64,000 bases of DNA, from assembly GCA_964247055.1 (NCBI GenBank), contig OZ176054.1:11346001-11410000 (forward strand). The letters run 5' to 3'. Both the position numbers and the translations under genes were made by a program. This DNA comes from Paragordius varius. Lineage: Eukaryota; Animalia; Nematomorpha. Under the pieces are notes generated by a model that saw nothing but the letters and a program-made list of their open reading frames with translations, made no database searches and was not told where the DNA came from. This document shows, in pieces, positions 11,303 to 23,495 of this stretch (its first letter is position 1; each line of letters starts with the position of its first letter).

Positions 11303-13480
11303 TTGTTTCACTGGAACCCCTATCATTTTTTAAAAAACAATACAAAACCAAAAATTTTTAAGTGTCGCCGCATCCCGATACCGTTAAAAGAAAAAGTCGA
11401 CTCTAAAATTAAGAGACTTTTAGAAGCGGACATAATCAAACCATTAGACCCTACGACTGATAAACTAACCTGGGTCACTCCTATTGTTTGTATAACAAAA
11501 GCGAATGGTGCTTTAAGGTTATGTGCAGATTATCGTATTGCCATAAATCCGCATCTAGTAGATGTCATTAATAATATGCAGACATTTGACGAATTAGTAG
11601 TTTCCAAAATAGGATTAGGAAAATCATTTTCGGTAATCGATTTGAAAGACGCATATCTGCAATTGCCAATAGATCAAGAAAGTCAAAAGTTACTAACAAT
11701 TACCACACCCCTAGGGGATTTTACATATAAAAGGCTTCCCTTTGGCCTAACAAGCGCCCCCTGCATTTTTCAAAGATTAATGGATAAGATTTTAGGTGAC
11801 TGCTTAGGAACAGCTGTATATTTAGACGATATTTTAATAAAAGGAAAAAACCGCAACGAACATAAAAGAAGCTTAGAAAAGGTATTTAAGCGTTTAGACG
11901 AATCTGGTTTAAAATTAAGTAAAAGCAAACTAAATCTTTTCAACCGTCGCAAGCTATTTGGGGTATGTTATTTCAAAAAACGGCATATCAGCCGCCGATA
12001 AAGTTAAAGACATACAAGACTTCCCAAGACCCACTGAAACAACACTCAAGTCCTTCTTGGGATTAATAAATTTTCACACACGATTCCTCCCGAAATTGCA
12101 TGGAAGTTTGGCTATACTTCACGACCTAAGCAGTTATAAAAAACCCTGGATATGGACCAAAAACCACGAGGATTGCTTTAACAGAGCCACAAATTCAATA
12201 TGTCATACTGTTAAACTCCGTTCAACCCTGGGTTACCTATAATAATCAAAACAGACGCCTCGAATAAAGGGTACGGAGCTGTATTACTACAGACCACGCA
12301 GTAGGATATAAATAAACCCATTGCCTACGCATCTAGAAAGTGGTCTAAACCCGAAGAAAATTATTCAGTGATAGAAAAGGAATCACAAGCCATACTTTTC
12401 GCTTTTGAAAAATTTAGAACGGTTTAATACGGGGAAGAAATTTGAACTGCGTACTGATCACAAACCACTAATAAAGATGGTTGGAAAAAATCGTAAACTA
12501 GACCAAATTAATAATTCCAATCTACTACGTTGGATATATAAAGCTAGCGAATTTAATTACAATCTACGGTACATTAAAAGCCACGAAAACATTGCAGATC
12601 CATTGTCCCGCATGCCGACAGAACCACAACAACAAGACACAGAAAGCCTTTAAACAGCAGAAAATGTAAGATTTGTCAATAGTTATCTATTCAATATAAA
12701 TCGTGACCATATTAGAAGCCAGACCGAAACCGACCCTGTATTAGAACAGGTAATAAGAGCACTAAGAACAAACAACTCGTCCAATAAAATATTATATCCA
12801 TTCACAGTTTTAGAAATGAAATTGAAAATACATACGGGCTATTATATTGGCATGATAGATTAATAATTCCCGAATCTCAAAAAATAAATACACAATTATT
12901 ACACTTCGGATCCAAAGCAATGTACGAACAAGCAAAACAAATAGTCTTTTGGCACAACATGGAAAGCGACATAAAAAAGTGGGTAGATACGTGTAAAAAG
13001 TGTCAAGAAAACCGTCCGATGCGAAAACTGAATCCTACATACAATTGGAACACGAATACAGCATATGGGAGAGATTACATCTAGATATAGCAGCGAACAA
13101 TTATTATTGGATATAACTTATTAACAGTTATTCTCGGTGGGTCGAAGTTAAACTATCGAACATGATATCGACCAAAAATATCTTAAATATCCTAGACGAA
13201 TGTTTCAGTCGATATGGATTTCCAAGAATGATAGTAACCGACAACGCGTCTTACTTTCCATCTGAGGAGTTAAAAAAATTCATGGAAACGGGAAACATTA
13301 AACATGTAACATCAGTTCCCATCATCCAAAAACGAACGGAATGGTGGAACGAGTAATATATACCCTAAAAACACATTATCGGTCAGCAGAAGACGGTGAC
13401 CCACAATCAAAAATAAATAACAGGCTTTGGGGATACCGCAACTAACATACACAGTGCTACAAATACATGTCCCGCTCTGC
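11303..13480 (+). pseudogene. pol: pol: reverse transcriptase, RNase H, integrase (several frameshifts)
   Basis: LRLCADYR, IDLKDAYLQ, RLPFGL, YLDD, DAS...GAVLLQ, LRTDHKPL, IADPLSR and IVTDNASYF motifs spread over shifted ORFs. Confidence 0.9.
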
Positions 13481-13976
13481 TTTTCCTAAAACGTACCCTA
13501 CCCAATCCAATCACATGACTACAATATCAACAAACAGACTTCTTAGACTATGTACAACCGAATCACGAATACCATGAAAACGAAAAAGTATACATAAAAA
13601 ATGAACTAGCAAATGGTTGGCGAGAAGGAAATGTAAATAAACGACTCGGAATACTCTCATATGAAATACAAGATGATAACAAAATCATCCGAAAACCCGC
13701 CGATCAGCTGAGATCAAGGGAAGGAGGTGAAAGAATAATGGGAAAGACAATTTCGCCCGAAGAAAATACACCATCGCATGACCTATATGTTAGGTACCCT
13801 ACTGCCACGACCGAAGCCCCGACATTACCTCCGCCTCAACCCTCGGAACCCATCATTGAGTTCCCATCCCAACAAACACCCACTATAACACCTACCACTG
13901 ACACTCACACAGAACGGCAATACCCTACACGTATCCGACACCCACCACATAGATATCAGGGACAGAGAAAGAGTGA

Positions 13977-14184
13977 TGTTAGGTTAGATCCTACTGTCGT
14001 AGATACAAACGCACCTATATAATCGTAATCACTTATAACTCTTTGTGATACACCTAGTTAATGTTAATTGATGCTTCAAGCAAAATAGTTATTATATAAT
14101 TGCTGTATTATAATATCATACACACATGTTTGATTTCTGGTATTTAATAAATGTTTTCTGTATAATACAACTTTACTTCTTTCA
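13977..14184 (+). repeat. 3' LTR of Gypsy copy 1
   Basis: Ends ttca and is followed by the TSD gtatc. Confidence 0.95.
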
Positions 14185-16256
14185 GTATCCAAAAAAATAT
14201 GAGTTATGCCGAACCTGATGGCATAAATAAATTTATATTTATGGTGATAATAATTTACGTTTATATTCGAGTATTTGGTTAATTAATGTTTTTTAAATAT
14301 TAATTTCTAAAAATTTTATAAACAACAGCAGATAGTTAATGATTGCTAATAATTGTTTGATTTTAATGTTATTGTCTAAGTCAGAGTATTATATATAAAT
14401 TTATGACAATATTGAAAAAATATATATAGAAATTAATTTTATAAAATTAAAAAATAAGACGTATTATAGCTTAAAACATACTTTTTACCCTTCCACCTTG
14501 AACATATGCATATTTGCTTTTGTCAAGTATTGCAATATTACGCAAATTAAATTTGCAATGTTTTTTTGTAAGATTTTCATGGTGAATGAACGAGTATAGA
14601 CAATAGATCTTGTAGTTTTCTTGTTCAATTTCATGAAAACAAGCTTTTGACCAAATTAATGATTCTGTTTTTTCTGCCACTAAAAAGATCCAAAAATAAG
14701 GTTTAATATTATTCAATGTTAAATGGATTGTTTTACAGCAAAAAATAAAAGTTTTATATTTAATAAGCATTACACTGGACACCAAATTCTTCTGCCACTC
14801 GAGTTTTGCATTTTCTGGTATTTAGTATCATTTTAACAGTAAAATAAAAATTATAACTCCACGTAAGAATTTTGTATAATTTGGGTTTTGATTATACGCC
14901 CTCTTTATCAAAATTTTACTAAAAAATGTTTTTCTTTGAAAATATACAAGTAATGTCCATTTGTTATCATTCGAAAGAGTAATAAAAACTCTATAAAATG
15001 CATACTAATATGTTTTACACCGACAGTTAATATTAGACATAGAGAGCGACAAACGCGCGAAGCGAGAGCATTTTTAATTAATATATTTTAAAACTAATGG
15101 ATGAAAATAGCTTAAACTTTGTCTAGATGGTGGTGAATGTACAAAAAAGAAAACAAAAAAAGTTTTTTTGATTAAAACATTTTTTAATTGTTTATGTCAC
15201 ATTTTTAAGTTTTTTGTTTTTTAAAAATTACCATCTCATCAATATTAGTTTATTTTCTTTGCGAGGCTGATAATTTGGAAATTTTAAAGATAAAAACAAA
15301 GTTTAAGGTATTTTTGATCTTATATTCATTAAGTAATAAATTTACAGTTGTAACTATGCATTTTAGTATCCACTAGGTAAAAGATTTATGATAATATAAT
15401 TTTTATTAATAAAGCACACCAAAAGCTTTTTCATCATTTTTTTAAAATCTAATATATATATTATAATAATTTATATGATTTTCAAATTAGTTTGTTTGTG
15501 AAAATTTTTAAGGGTTGAAAATTTCGATCATATAAACCCAAATAACTTATAGATTGTTATAAATGACTTAATATCATTTGTATGATACAGTTTTTCACAC
15601 TCTTTCGAATAATATAAAATACATGGCTTCATATCTAAAACTTTTAATTTTCAAAATTTCGAGTTTAATGTTAAATTAAGGCCAAAAATTACAGATAAAC
15701 TCTAATATAAAAGATTCTTAGGTGTCAGACCAATTTTTTTTTCAGATATGCTAATTATGTATTTTAATGAAATAAATTTACAAGAATGGCAGTTAAAAAG
15801 AGTCAAAATTTGTTGTCTAGTGTTATTTATCTGGCTTAATAACGCATTATCAATCGTAGTATGGGGGAAAAAACAAAAAAATGTAAAAAAAAATACATAA
15901 AATAAAGTAAGATAGGAAAAAATTGTTTAATCAACATTTAGCTGTTTTCTGCATACTATAAGTGTGTTCAATGTACCAAATCTGAATGAGACAGCATTAA
16001 AATGCATACTGTAATAATTATAAAAAGTATAAGGGTCTCATTGAAACGATAAATCTACCAATCAGTCATACATTTTAATATTTGTATTCGGTTCTTTTAA
16101 GATTTGTAAACCGAATCAAAATTAAATTCCCTAATTAAAAAATTTGATTATCTCCAAAATTAAACATAAACCTTACAAATTTCTAAAGAAAAACACAAAA
16201 AATAATTTTATGCAGTTTAAATATATTTATATATATATATATATATAATATCTTAC

Positions 16257-16570
16257 CAATATTAATAAATCCATCAAAAACCACAGTAGTGTTATCTTTA
16301 GAGGTACACATGACACTTTTATTATTATGAGCAAATTTGGCCACAGATGACTTCTCCCAGATATATCCATTTCTATCGCGGTATAAATAAGGCTGATTGT
16401 CATAGAGATATATGCTAAGGGATAGGGCTTGATTCTCGTTAGTCGTTACTTGCACATAACAGTCCGTAATATCCTTTATTTTATACAGTTTTTTAAAGGC
16501 TTTTAGCGATTCCGTTATCTTTGCACCGTTAGCAATATATAATTGGGCGCTATAAGTGTGTTCTAATCAA
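16257..16570 (-). CDS. Exon of unknown gene family (type E5, copy 2); 5' boundary approximate
   Basis: ITDCYVQVTTNENQALSLSIYLYDNQPYLYRDRNGYIWEKSSVAKFAHNNKSVMCTSKDNTTVVFDGFINIG, ending at a gtaaga donor. Paralogue of 1-272. Confidence 0.6.
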
Positions 16571-18184
16571 ATGAAGTTATATTGCACACATACGTCAATA
16601 CTATATTGTTTACACCTAGAATTGGTTTTTTAATACTTCAAGGTGGTCCTTGAATAAAATATTGTTGGACGGCAAGATGAAAAACTGAGATATGACATTT
16701 AATAAATTATTGTTACATAAACAAACGTGTTAAGCATTTTTAAGTTTACGACCAACTTTAATACCTATGATGTTGTGTCAATCGGGGTAAATACAATTTT
16801 ACATAAGAGTTTGCACAAAACCTGAATATGTTCTGATAAATTGGGTGCCTTTGGTCATGTTGGAAAGAGTAAAATTTTTTAAAACTTACTCTATATAAAA
16901 CCGCAATAGCACACGCTATGATTATTTAAAAAATAACATTTAAATTATACATAAACAATATTAAAAATCAAGATTATGTTATAACATAATTGGAGCTAGT
17001 AAAGTTTTAAATTTTAAAGCTCTCTACTATGGGCTAGTGTTCAAATAATCGCAACGAGATTGCACGATAATATTTTTTAAGATAATCCAAATAATGTCAA
17101 TAAAAATTTTTATTTTAAAAACTCATAATACATTAAAAAATTAATTTTAAGCAAACTTAAAGCGTATTTTATGGTTTAAAAATACGATAACATAAAGTTT
17201 AAGATTTATAAAATTAAAACACTTTTTTTATATCGATTATGCTCAATACATAACCTCAAATATTTTATTAAAAGATGTATGACTTTGAATCTAATCTAAA
17301 TAGATTCGGAAGTAATATTAATTAAATGGACTTAAATGACGACATTTAAAAAATCCAAGTTTGTTCATCATCAAATTATACAGAAAAGTTGTAGTGATTA
17401 TCTTTAAATTTTATGCCGTTCTACCATACTACTTCAACATGCATACCATCGATTATACTTTAACAAAACTTTGTTAATTAAACTTAGTCTCCATGCATTT
17501 TTTGACTTTCGTCATCCTTTATTTAAAATATACTATTGCGCATTCTGGAACTTTTTGTGTTTATTTTTTATAAATTGTCACAAAAAATAGTTTAAGAGCT
17601 ATATCTTGCATTAAAAATTGAGATAAATATAACATTGATTTATGTAGTAAGCTAGCACTTCCCAATTATATAGCATGATGTGCTAAATAATTTTCTCATT
17701 TTTCGATATCTAGTAATAAGTATAGCACTTTGAGATACTTTATACATATATTTATGAGATGGTATATAATTTATCAGGATATAAGTAATGAGAATGTATT
17801 ATTAAAATTCAATTTAAATTATAAAATGTACAAAATATTCCCATGAATTTTAAGGAAAACTACTTTTTTAAGATATTTCTTTGGTCCCAAAACTTGAGTT
17901 AAAAGGGCTTTGCATCTTATTTAACATACCCAAAATATTATACAATAATACAAAAATCAGTTATGCTTACTTGGTTGGAAAGGTAGTGTTTTGCTTCTCA
18001 AAAAATCAATCTTCTTTTCTAAAATAATATATAATGATTAACAATATGCATTTTAATCTAACATAATCTTATAATTTTCGGGCTAAAACTTTATAAGCAT
18101 CTAAAATATAAACAATTACCAAATTCTTTCGTAGTGATAACCAATAATGTTATTTTAATTTGTATAATTTATTTTATATTTTAA

Positions 18185-19560
18185 ACACGGTTGTTAGATT
18201 TGGATACAACACATTCATTTCAGTACTTCGAGTCAAATTGGGGTAGTTGCAGGCCTGGTTAAAAATATTTAATTCAAAAATATGGAATGAATTGTAACCA
18301 TGGCAAAAATTTGCACCCATATAACATTAATGAACCAAAATATATAAAAAAGTTCCATCAAAAATACTGATATTACTTATTTTAATGTAAAACCGCAAGG
18401 TAAATTAGTCATGGGTGTGCATTACCTAAATTTAAATATAATAAAAGAAACCACTTATTATAATTCTATCAATGTTTGTGTTATAAATGATAATTAGCTA
18501 TACTCATGGTGTAAAAATAAATAAAGACGATATTTGAAAATATGTTGCAAAATAAAAATGGCGTCGAACTAATTTAATATGAAACTTTTTCCAAAAATAA
18601 TTTATTTGAATATTTCGGCTTGTTTATATAAATTTATTAAGATAGAAGCATAAATTTAAATTAACACCGGTTCTTTCATTAATTTTTTAAAATATTAACT
18701 TAAATATAGTCTGGGATATTTAGATACCTTAATTTTAATCTAAGTGTTAATAATAATAGGGGGTTCATCAATCATGCATGCAGTCAGTATCCCTACAAAT
18801 GGTTACAACAAAATGGAGTAATTTGTTTCATAATTTAGATTTAAACTTCTTCCCTATTAATATGTTATTGTTCCATCTAACATTATAAACTGTCGTTTTG
18901 TATGTTTAGCTTAAACCGCGAACTGTATCAAAATTTTATTTAAATGATTAAAATAAGGGTATTATGACATTATAACTATACAAATTCTTAAACACTTGGA
19001 TACAACACATTCATTTTAATCCTTCGATTCAAATTGAGGTAGTTAAATACCCCAGGCCTTAAAATTAAATTCTTCAAAAAATATGGAAGGAATCGAAACC
19101 ATGGCAAAATCTTGCACTTATATAACATTAATAAACAGAAATATATAAAAATTTTATTCAAAATTATTTGATATTACTTATTTAAAGTTAAAACCGAAAG
19201 GTAAAAATTTAGTCAACGTGGCATGCGTACACTGGTAAAATTGAAAAATAATACAAATATACATCTTTTTCTATTTCCATAATGTTAGATGTAGTTTAAA
19301 TAAAAAATTAGCTTTTACCCTTAAAATTAAATGAAGACGATATTTTGCAAAAATTTTGTATAATAAAAATGGCGTCGAAGAATTTTGACAAGGAACTTTT
19401 TTTTCAAAATTATTCAAATATTTTGGCATATTAATATAATTCTTATTAGGATAGAAGCACAAATTTAAATTGGGCCCGTTTCCATATTTTTTTAAAAATC
19501 CTAACTCAAATTTAATCTGGGATATTTAGATACACCAATTTGAATCGAAGTTTTAAATTC
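18185..19560. repeat. Two tandem diverged copies (about 18185-18760 and 18985-19560) of the TIR element also at 6580-7170
   Basis: Shared blocks ttggatacaacacattcattt, cttcga(g/t)tcaaattg, ccatggcaaaa, aaaaatggcgtcgaa and gatagaagca in the same order. Confidence 0.7.
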
Positions 19561-20029
19561 TTAAAATGTTGTGGGATTCATCTAATGACCACAGAGTCCA
19601 TCTATGACTTTTTTATCCACTATTTTCCGGATCTATCGCTTTTTCGCTCACCTTCAACGGTATTCAATATGATTTTTAAAATCATAAGCCTACAAATATT
19701 GTTGGAATTGTTTTATTTAAGAATGTACCACGCTGATGCACAATATTTAGCTGGTCACAAGGAAAAGTTTTAGAGATTTTCAAAACTTGGAATATGATTT
19801 TGTGACGCCTCGTTAATTTATACAGAGGCATATGAGCTGAAACATAGAATTCTATGTAAAAAATTGGAATAAAGAATTATAAAATTAATGTAAGCGTTTT
19901 ATGGCAGTTTCCAGGCATCACAAACGGCGCAACGCTCGAGCTGAAAAAATTTAATTAGTAGAAAGAAATATCAATAAAATAATTACAATTTGATTAATTA
20001 ACAGTCTGATAATTTTGTATATATACTCT

Positions 20030-20890
20030 ATGTACACCCTGATAGATAAAAGTATCCGAACTCTCATAATGCTTTTGGGTTTGCTCTTTGCAAAAAATAT
20101 AGGAGAGTTTATAGTACTTTTCTGGTAACTCTATAACAAATTGGCGAATTCAGCGGATATTTTTCTAAATAAAAAATTTTTGGTGAAAGCTAAATTCTTC
20201 ATCCCAAAAAATATCAAGATATATCATGAATAATATAAAAAGTAAATCAATTATAAAATTTATGATATCTGTGGGTTCAGAAAGTTTGAATTTTCAACAC
20301 ATCCAAAATGGGCATATTTTCTTAAACTAAACGCAATAATGCCAATATTGCGCAAAAAGTTAGATATGTGCTAATGACATAAAAAAAATTTTTTCGAAAA
20401 ATTGGGTATTTTGCTTAAAAATTATATTTATAGCTAGCATTGGTGAAGCAAAACCTATTTTGAAGCATTGTGGAAACGGAGTAAAAACACTTTAAGATAT
20501 TATGCTAACATTCATAACATTATGTTAAAATTTCTATCATCGCAGATTTTTGATTAAAGATGCACTAAATTTTTGCGCTATGTCGGCATTTTTGTGTTTA
20601 GTTGAGGAACTGCCAAATTAGACGGGTCCAAAACACATCTAAAAATTTATAATTTAAAATGTGTGTTTTACTTTTAAGTTAGTTGATATACAAAAAATTT
20701 CTTAAGCAAAATATGCGCAAAATTCGCTACTCTCTGATATAAAGTTACCACAAAAGTAGTATTAATCTTTTTTTAAGGCCCGAAACCAAAAGCAGCGTGA
20801 GAATCCAGAGATATTGATATATTATTAGAAAGTCTATATATTTCATCAGGATATATTTTATGCCCCCGGATTTTGTGGGCAGTGTATATA
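20030..20890. mobile_element. Long imperfect foldback element (approximate ends)
   Basis: Inverted arms, e.g. ctcataatgcttttgggtttg versus gaaaccaaaagcagcgtgag, and tttctggtaactcta versus aaagttaccacaaaa. Ends tgtacac...cagtgtata. Confidence 0.65.
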
Positions 20891-21578
20891 GGAGGATGAT
20901 AACTACATAAAGTAGAGTAGTTTGATATGTTGGAAGTTGATATTATGGGAAAAGAATGATCGATAATATAGTTGAATAAATTGCGACAATATTTGAATAT
21001 AGAATATTCATAAAATAAAATATGGGGGCATGTCCAATTGTGTTGTGATGGTATGTTTTATGAATATAATATATATAATAACAATTGGAGTAAATTGGTA
21101 ATCTTCATATGCTTCAACATCAACAATTTACCTACAAACTTTTATAAGCAAAGATCCCGTATTAAAAAATAATGTTGTAATCAATCAGCATATGTTATAA
21201 TTAATCTAACAAATATGAAGCTAAATTAATAAAATTTTTACAAACATTTCGTATTTAAATATAATATAAAATTGTCTAAATGATTTACACACACGTCTTA
21301 AGCTTCTACAATCACCAAGCGCAAATTTGCGTTTTTTCGCTAAAAATAATTATTTACTCATTGCAATTAAAAGAGACACATGCATCCAAAGTACCAGAAC
21401 GTTAACCTAATCGGTACTTAACATATATCGTTTTGGGGAAAAAATGACAAGCAAAACCAGTTTATGACTTTAAGCAAATAATTGAACCAGGTAGATAAAA
21501 ATAATACATATATATTGATATTGAAACGTATAATGTTTTAAATATATATATATGTATATATATATACATAATAATTAC

Positions 21579-22352
21579 CTTTGATATTGCCATGTTCAGC
21601 AATAAAAACTTCTAAATTAGAGGTAAAATTTAGTGTTCTGGAAGTATCTTTGCGTAAAGCATCATATGCAAAAATTATATTATCCTAAAGTAAAATATTA
21701 CAAATTAACTCTGGATTCATATTTTATATCGAATTTGGACATACGAATGTTACAATAAATTTGATAGGTTTGATTGAAATGTTCCTTTTTGAGAATAGGG
21801 TTCTCATCATAAACAACGCTAGAGTTTCCAATTTGTAAAGAACATTTCAATTTTTCCCATGTTATTGGAAAAATTTCCCCCTCTTTCGCATATACATCAT
21901 GTTTTTCTATCATAAATTAAATTGAATTAGTAAAGCCGAAAGCTTATTTAATCGATAAATCTCGATAAATTAATAGCTATATTCAATATTTTAAAAAATC
22001 TCGATTTTATTTAAACCTTAGGCCACCAGTTTCTTTTAATTTCAAATAATTCTGAAAATTTTAACATTCGATTGTAAATATCAGCAGTTACTTAATTTAA
22101 TAATGCTTGCAACAATTTGGGTTTTCTCATTGTAACAAATAACTGGTCTATCCATATGTCTATATTCGGCAATTTCACTTTGTTCATAGATAGAGAAGTT
22201 TTGTTTATAACATTCGTGACATCCAAATTTATTAAAGAAGTTTTTAAACAATCGATTTGAAGTCTGATTCCTAAGATCGTCTAGGACTTTGATATAGCAT
22301 TTATGCTCCGAAAGCCTATCTCCCTTCTTTACATATAAGAGTGAATAAGTAT
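21579..22352 (-). CDS. Unknown gene copy A: exons E1 (22092-22352), E1b (22017-22051), E2 (about 21710-21942), E3 (21579-21684)
   Basis: Colinear homology with 2860-3203 and 6029-6356; GT-AG introns of 40 nt (22052-22091) and 25 nt (21685-21709). One apparent single-base deletion near 21915. Confidence 0.6.
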
Positions 22353-22639
22353 CTAAAAGTTACGATAAATAAAATGTAATGATAACCAAATTTATTATTG
22401 GATCAATTAATTTACAATTCAATACACTGTGAAGGCGAAAATAATAACCAGATATAAAATATATATTCTGAAAAATAGATGTTTTATGAGTTTAATGATA
22501 CTTTCGGTTGAGCCTAACGAGTGATTTAAAATTAAAACCATTTTTGTTGTCACTGCCTTATATCGCAATTTGTGCACATTATGCCGATTAAAATGGTGTA
22601 AGCTAAATGCTTCATTTAAAAAAATATTACTAAAATATA

Positions 22640-23495
22640 TCATAAACTATATAAATAATTTTTTTAAAAAATTTAAAATATAAAATGTCTCAATACTTTT
22701 CGAACTAACCGCAAAAATGCCGTACGCGATTATTTATTTAATATGTGCTAAATTTTGACATCAAAATAGTTTTTCCCGAAAAAATGAATATTTTGCTGAA
22801 AAATTAGCAAAATTTTGGTGAATTCATATTTTAAGAATGGTGGAAACGGTATATAAACACTTAATGATATTGTAAAAAATTCTTTTATACATTATTTGAT
22901 AATGCTGCACATTTTTATAATATCAGAATCTTATTATAGAATGTGTATGACTTTAAATTTTAAATGATTTTTTTGTAACAAAAACTTATTATTCTTACAT
23001 AAACATTTTGAATCAAAATTCTGAGGTAAATTTTCTGCATCATCAAATCATATAAGGGGTTCTCTCACATCGTTTCCACCTTCATAATACCAAAAAAATT
23101 CAGATCATCAAAATTTTGCTTTAATTAAAAAATCCACTTTTTAGGAAGCATTTTTTATGACAAAATTTATTACATGTTTAAAAATTTTATCGTTTTTTTT
23201 TATTTAGATTAAAAAATTCCATTTTAGATAAGTTTAAAATTTAAGGCTTTCGGAGTTCACATCTAACATTTAAAATTTATAATTTTGCATTTTTAGTTTA
23301 TGATATAGCGATGTTTTTGAAATAAAGCATATAGCTTTCTCCAAAAAATTATAAGTATGTGCTTAAAATTTGCCATATGATGCAGTTACTACAAAAGTGG
23401 TAATAACTTTTACATCCACTACCCAAAACCAAAAGGACCTTGAAATTCCTGATACATACATTAATCTAAATAATTTTAGTGTGAACTGTGTATAT
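22640..23495. mobile_element. Diverged member of the foldback family at 20030-20890 (approximate)
   Basis: Shared blocks (tggaaacgg..taaacactt..gatatt; cacatctaa; caaaagt; right end actgtgtatat). Confidence 0.5.

Larger units (their letters stand above)
9873..14184 (+). mobile_element. Ty3/Gypsy LTR retrotransposon (Mag-like), full length, frameshifted
   Basis: 208-bp TG..CA LTRs at 9873-10080 and 13977-14184; 5-bp TSD GTATC on both sides; TGG-starting PBS; purine tract before the 3' LTR; domain order gag-PR-RT-RH-IN. Confidence 0.95.
8870..14385. mobile_element. Foldback element whose right arm is interrupted by the Gypsy insertion (approximate ends)
   Basis: Left arm 8870-9150 is the reverse complement of 9650-9780 plus 14215-14385 (e.g. 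aacactgtgcgcaaaaacca / tggtttttgcgcacagtgtt; ttagcaatcattaac / gttaatgattgctaa). A partial copy lies near 61810-61950. Confidence 0.65.

Noticed and set aside
11069-11303. Programmed gag-pol frameshift at the protease/RT boundary
   Set aside because: The breaks are at different positions in the two Gypsy copies, consistent with decay or errors.
13738-14022. env-like or extra ORF after integrase (also 31217-31465)
   Set aside because: Short Pro/Thr-rich integrase tail running into the LTR; no signal peptide or transmembrane segment.
14471-14785. Isolated 60-105 aa ORFs in AT-rich intergenic or intronic DNA (e.g. 14471-14785, 19271-19462, 46700-46984, 53479-53727, 55736-55984)
   Set aside because: Composition is dominated by F/I/K/L/N/Y as expected by chance; several lie within repeats or start at TTG/GTG.
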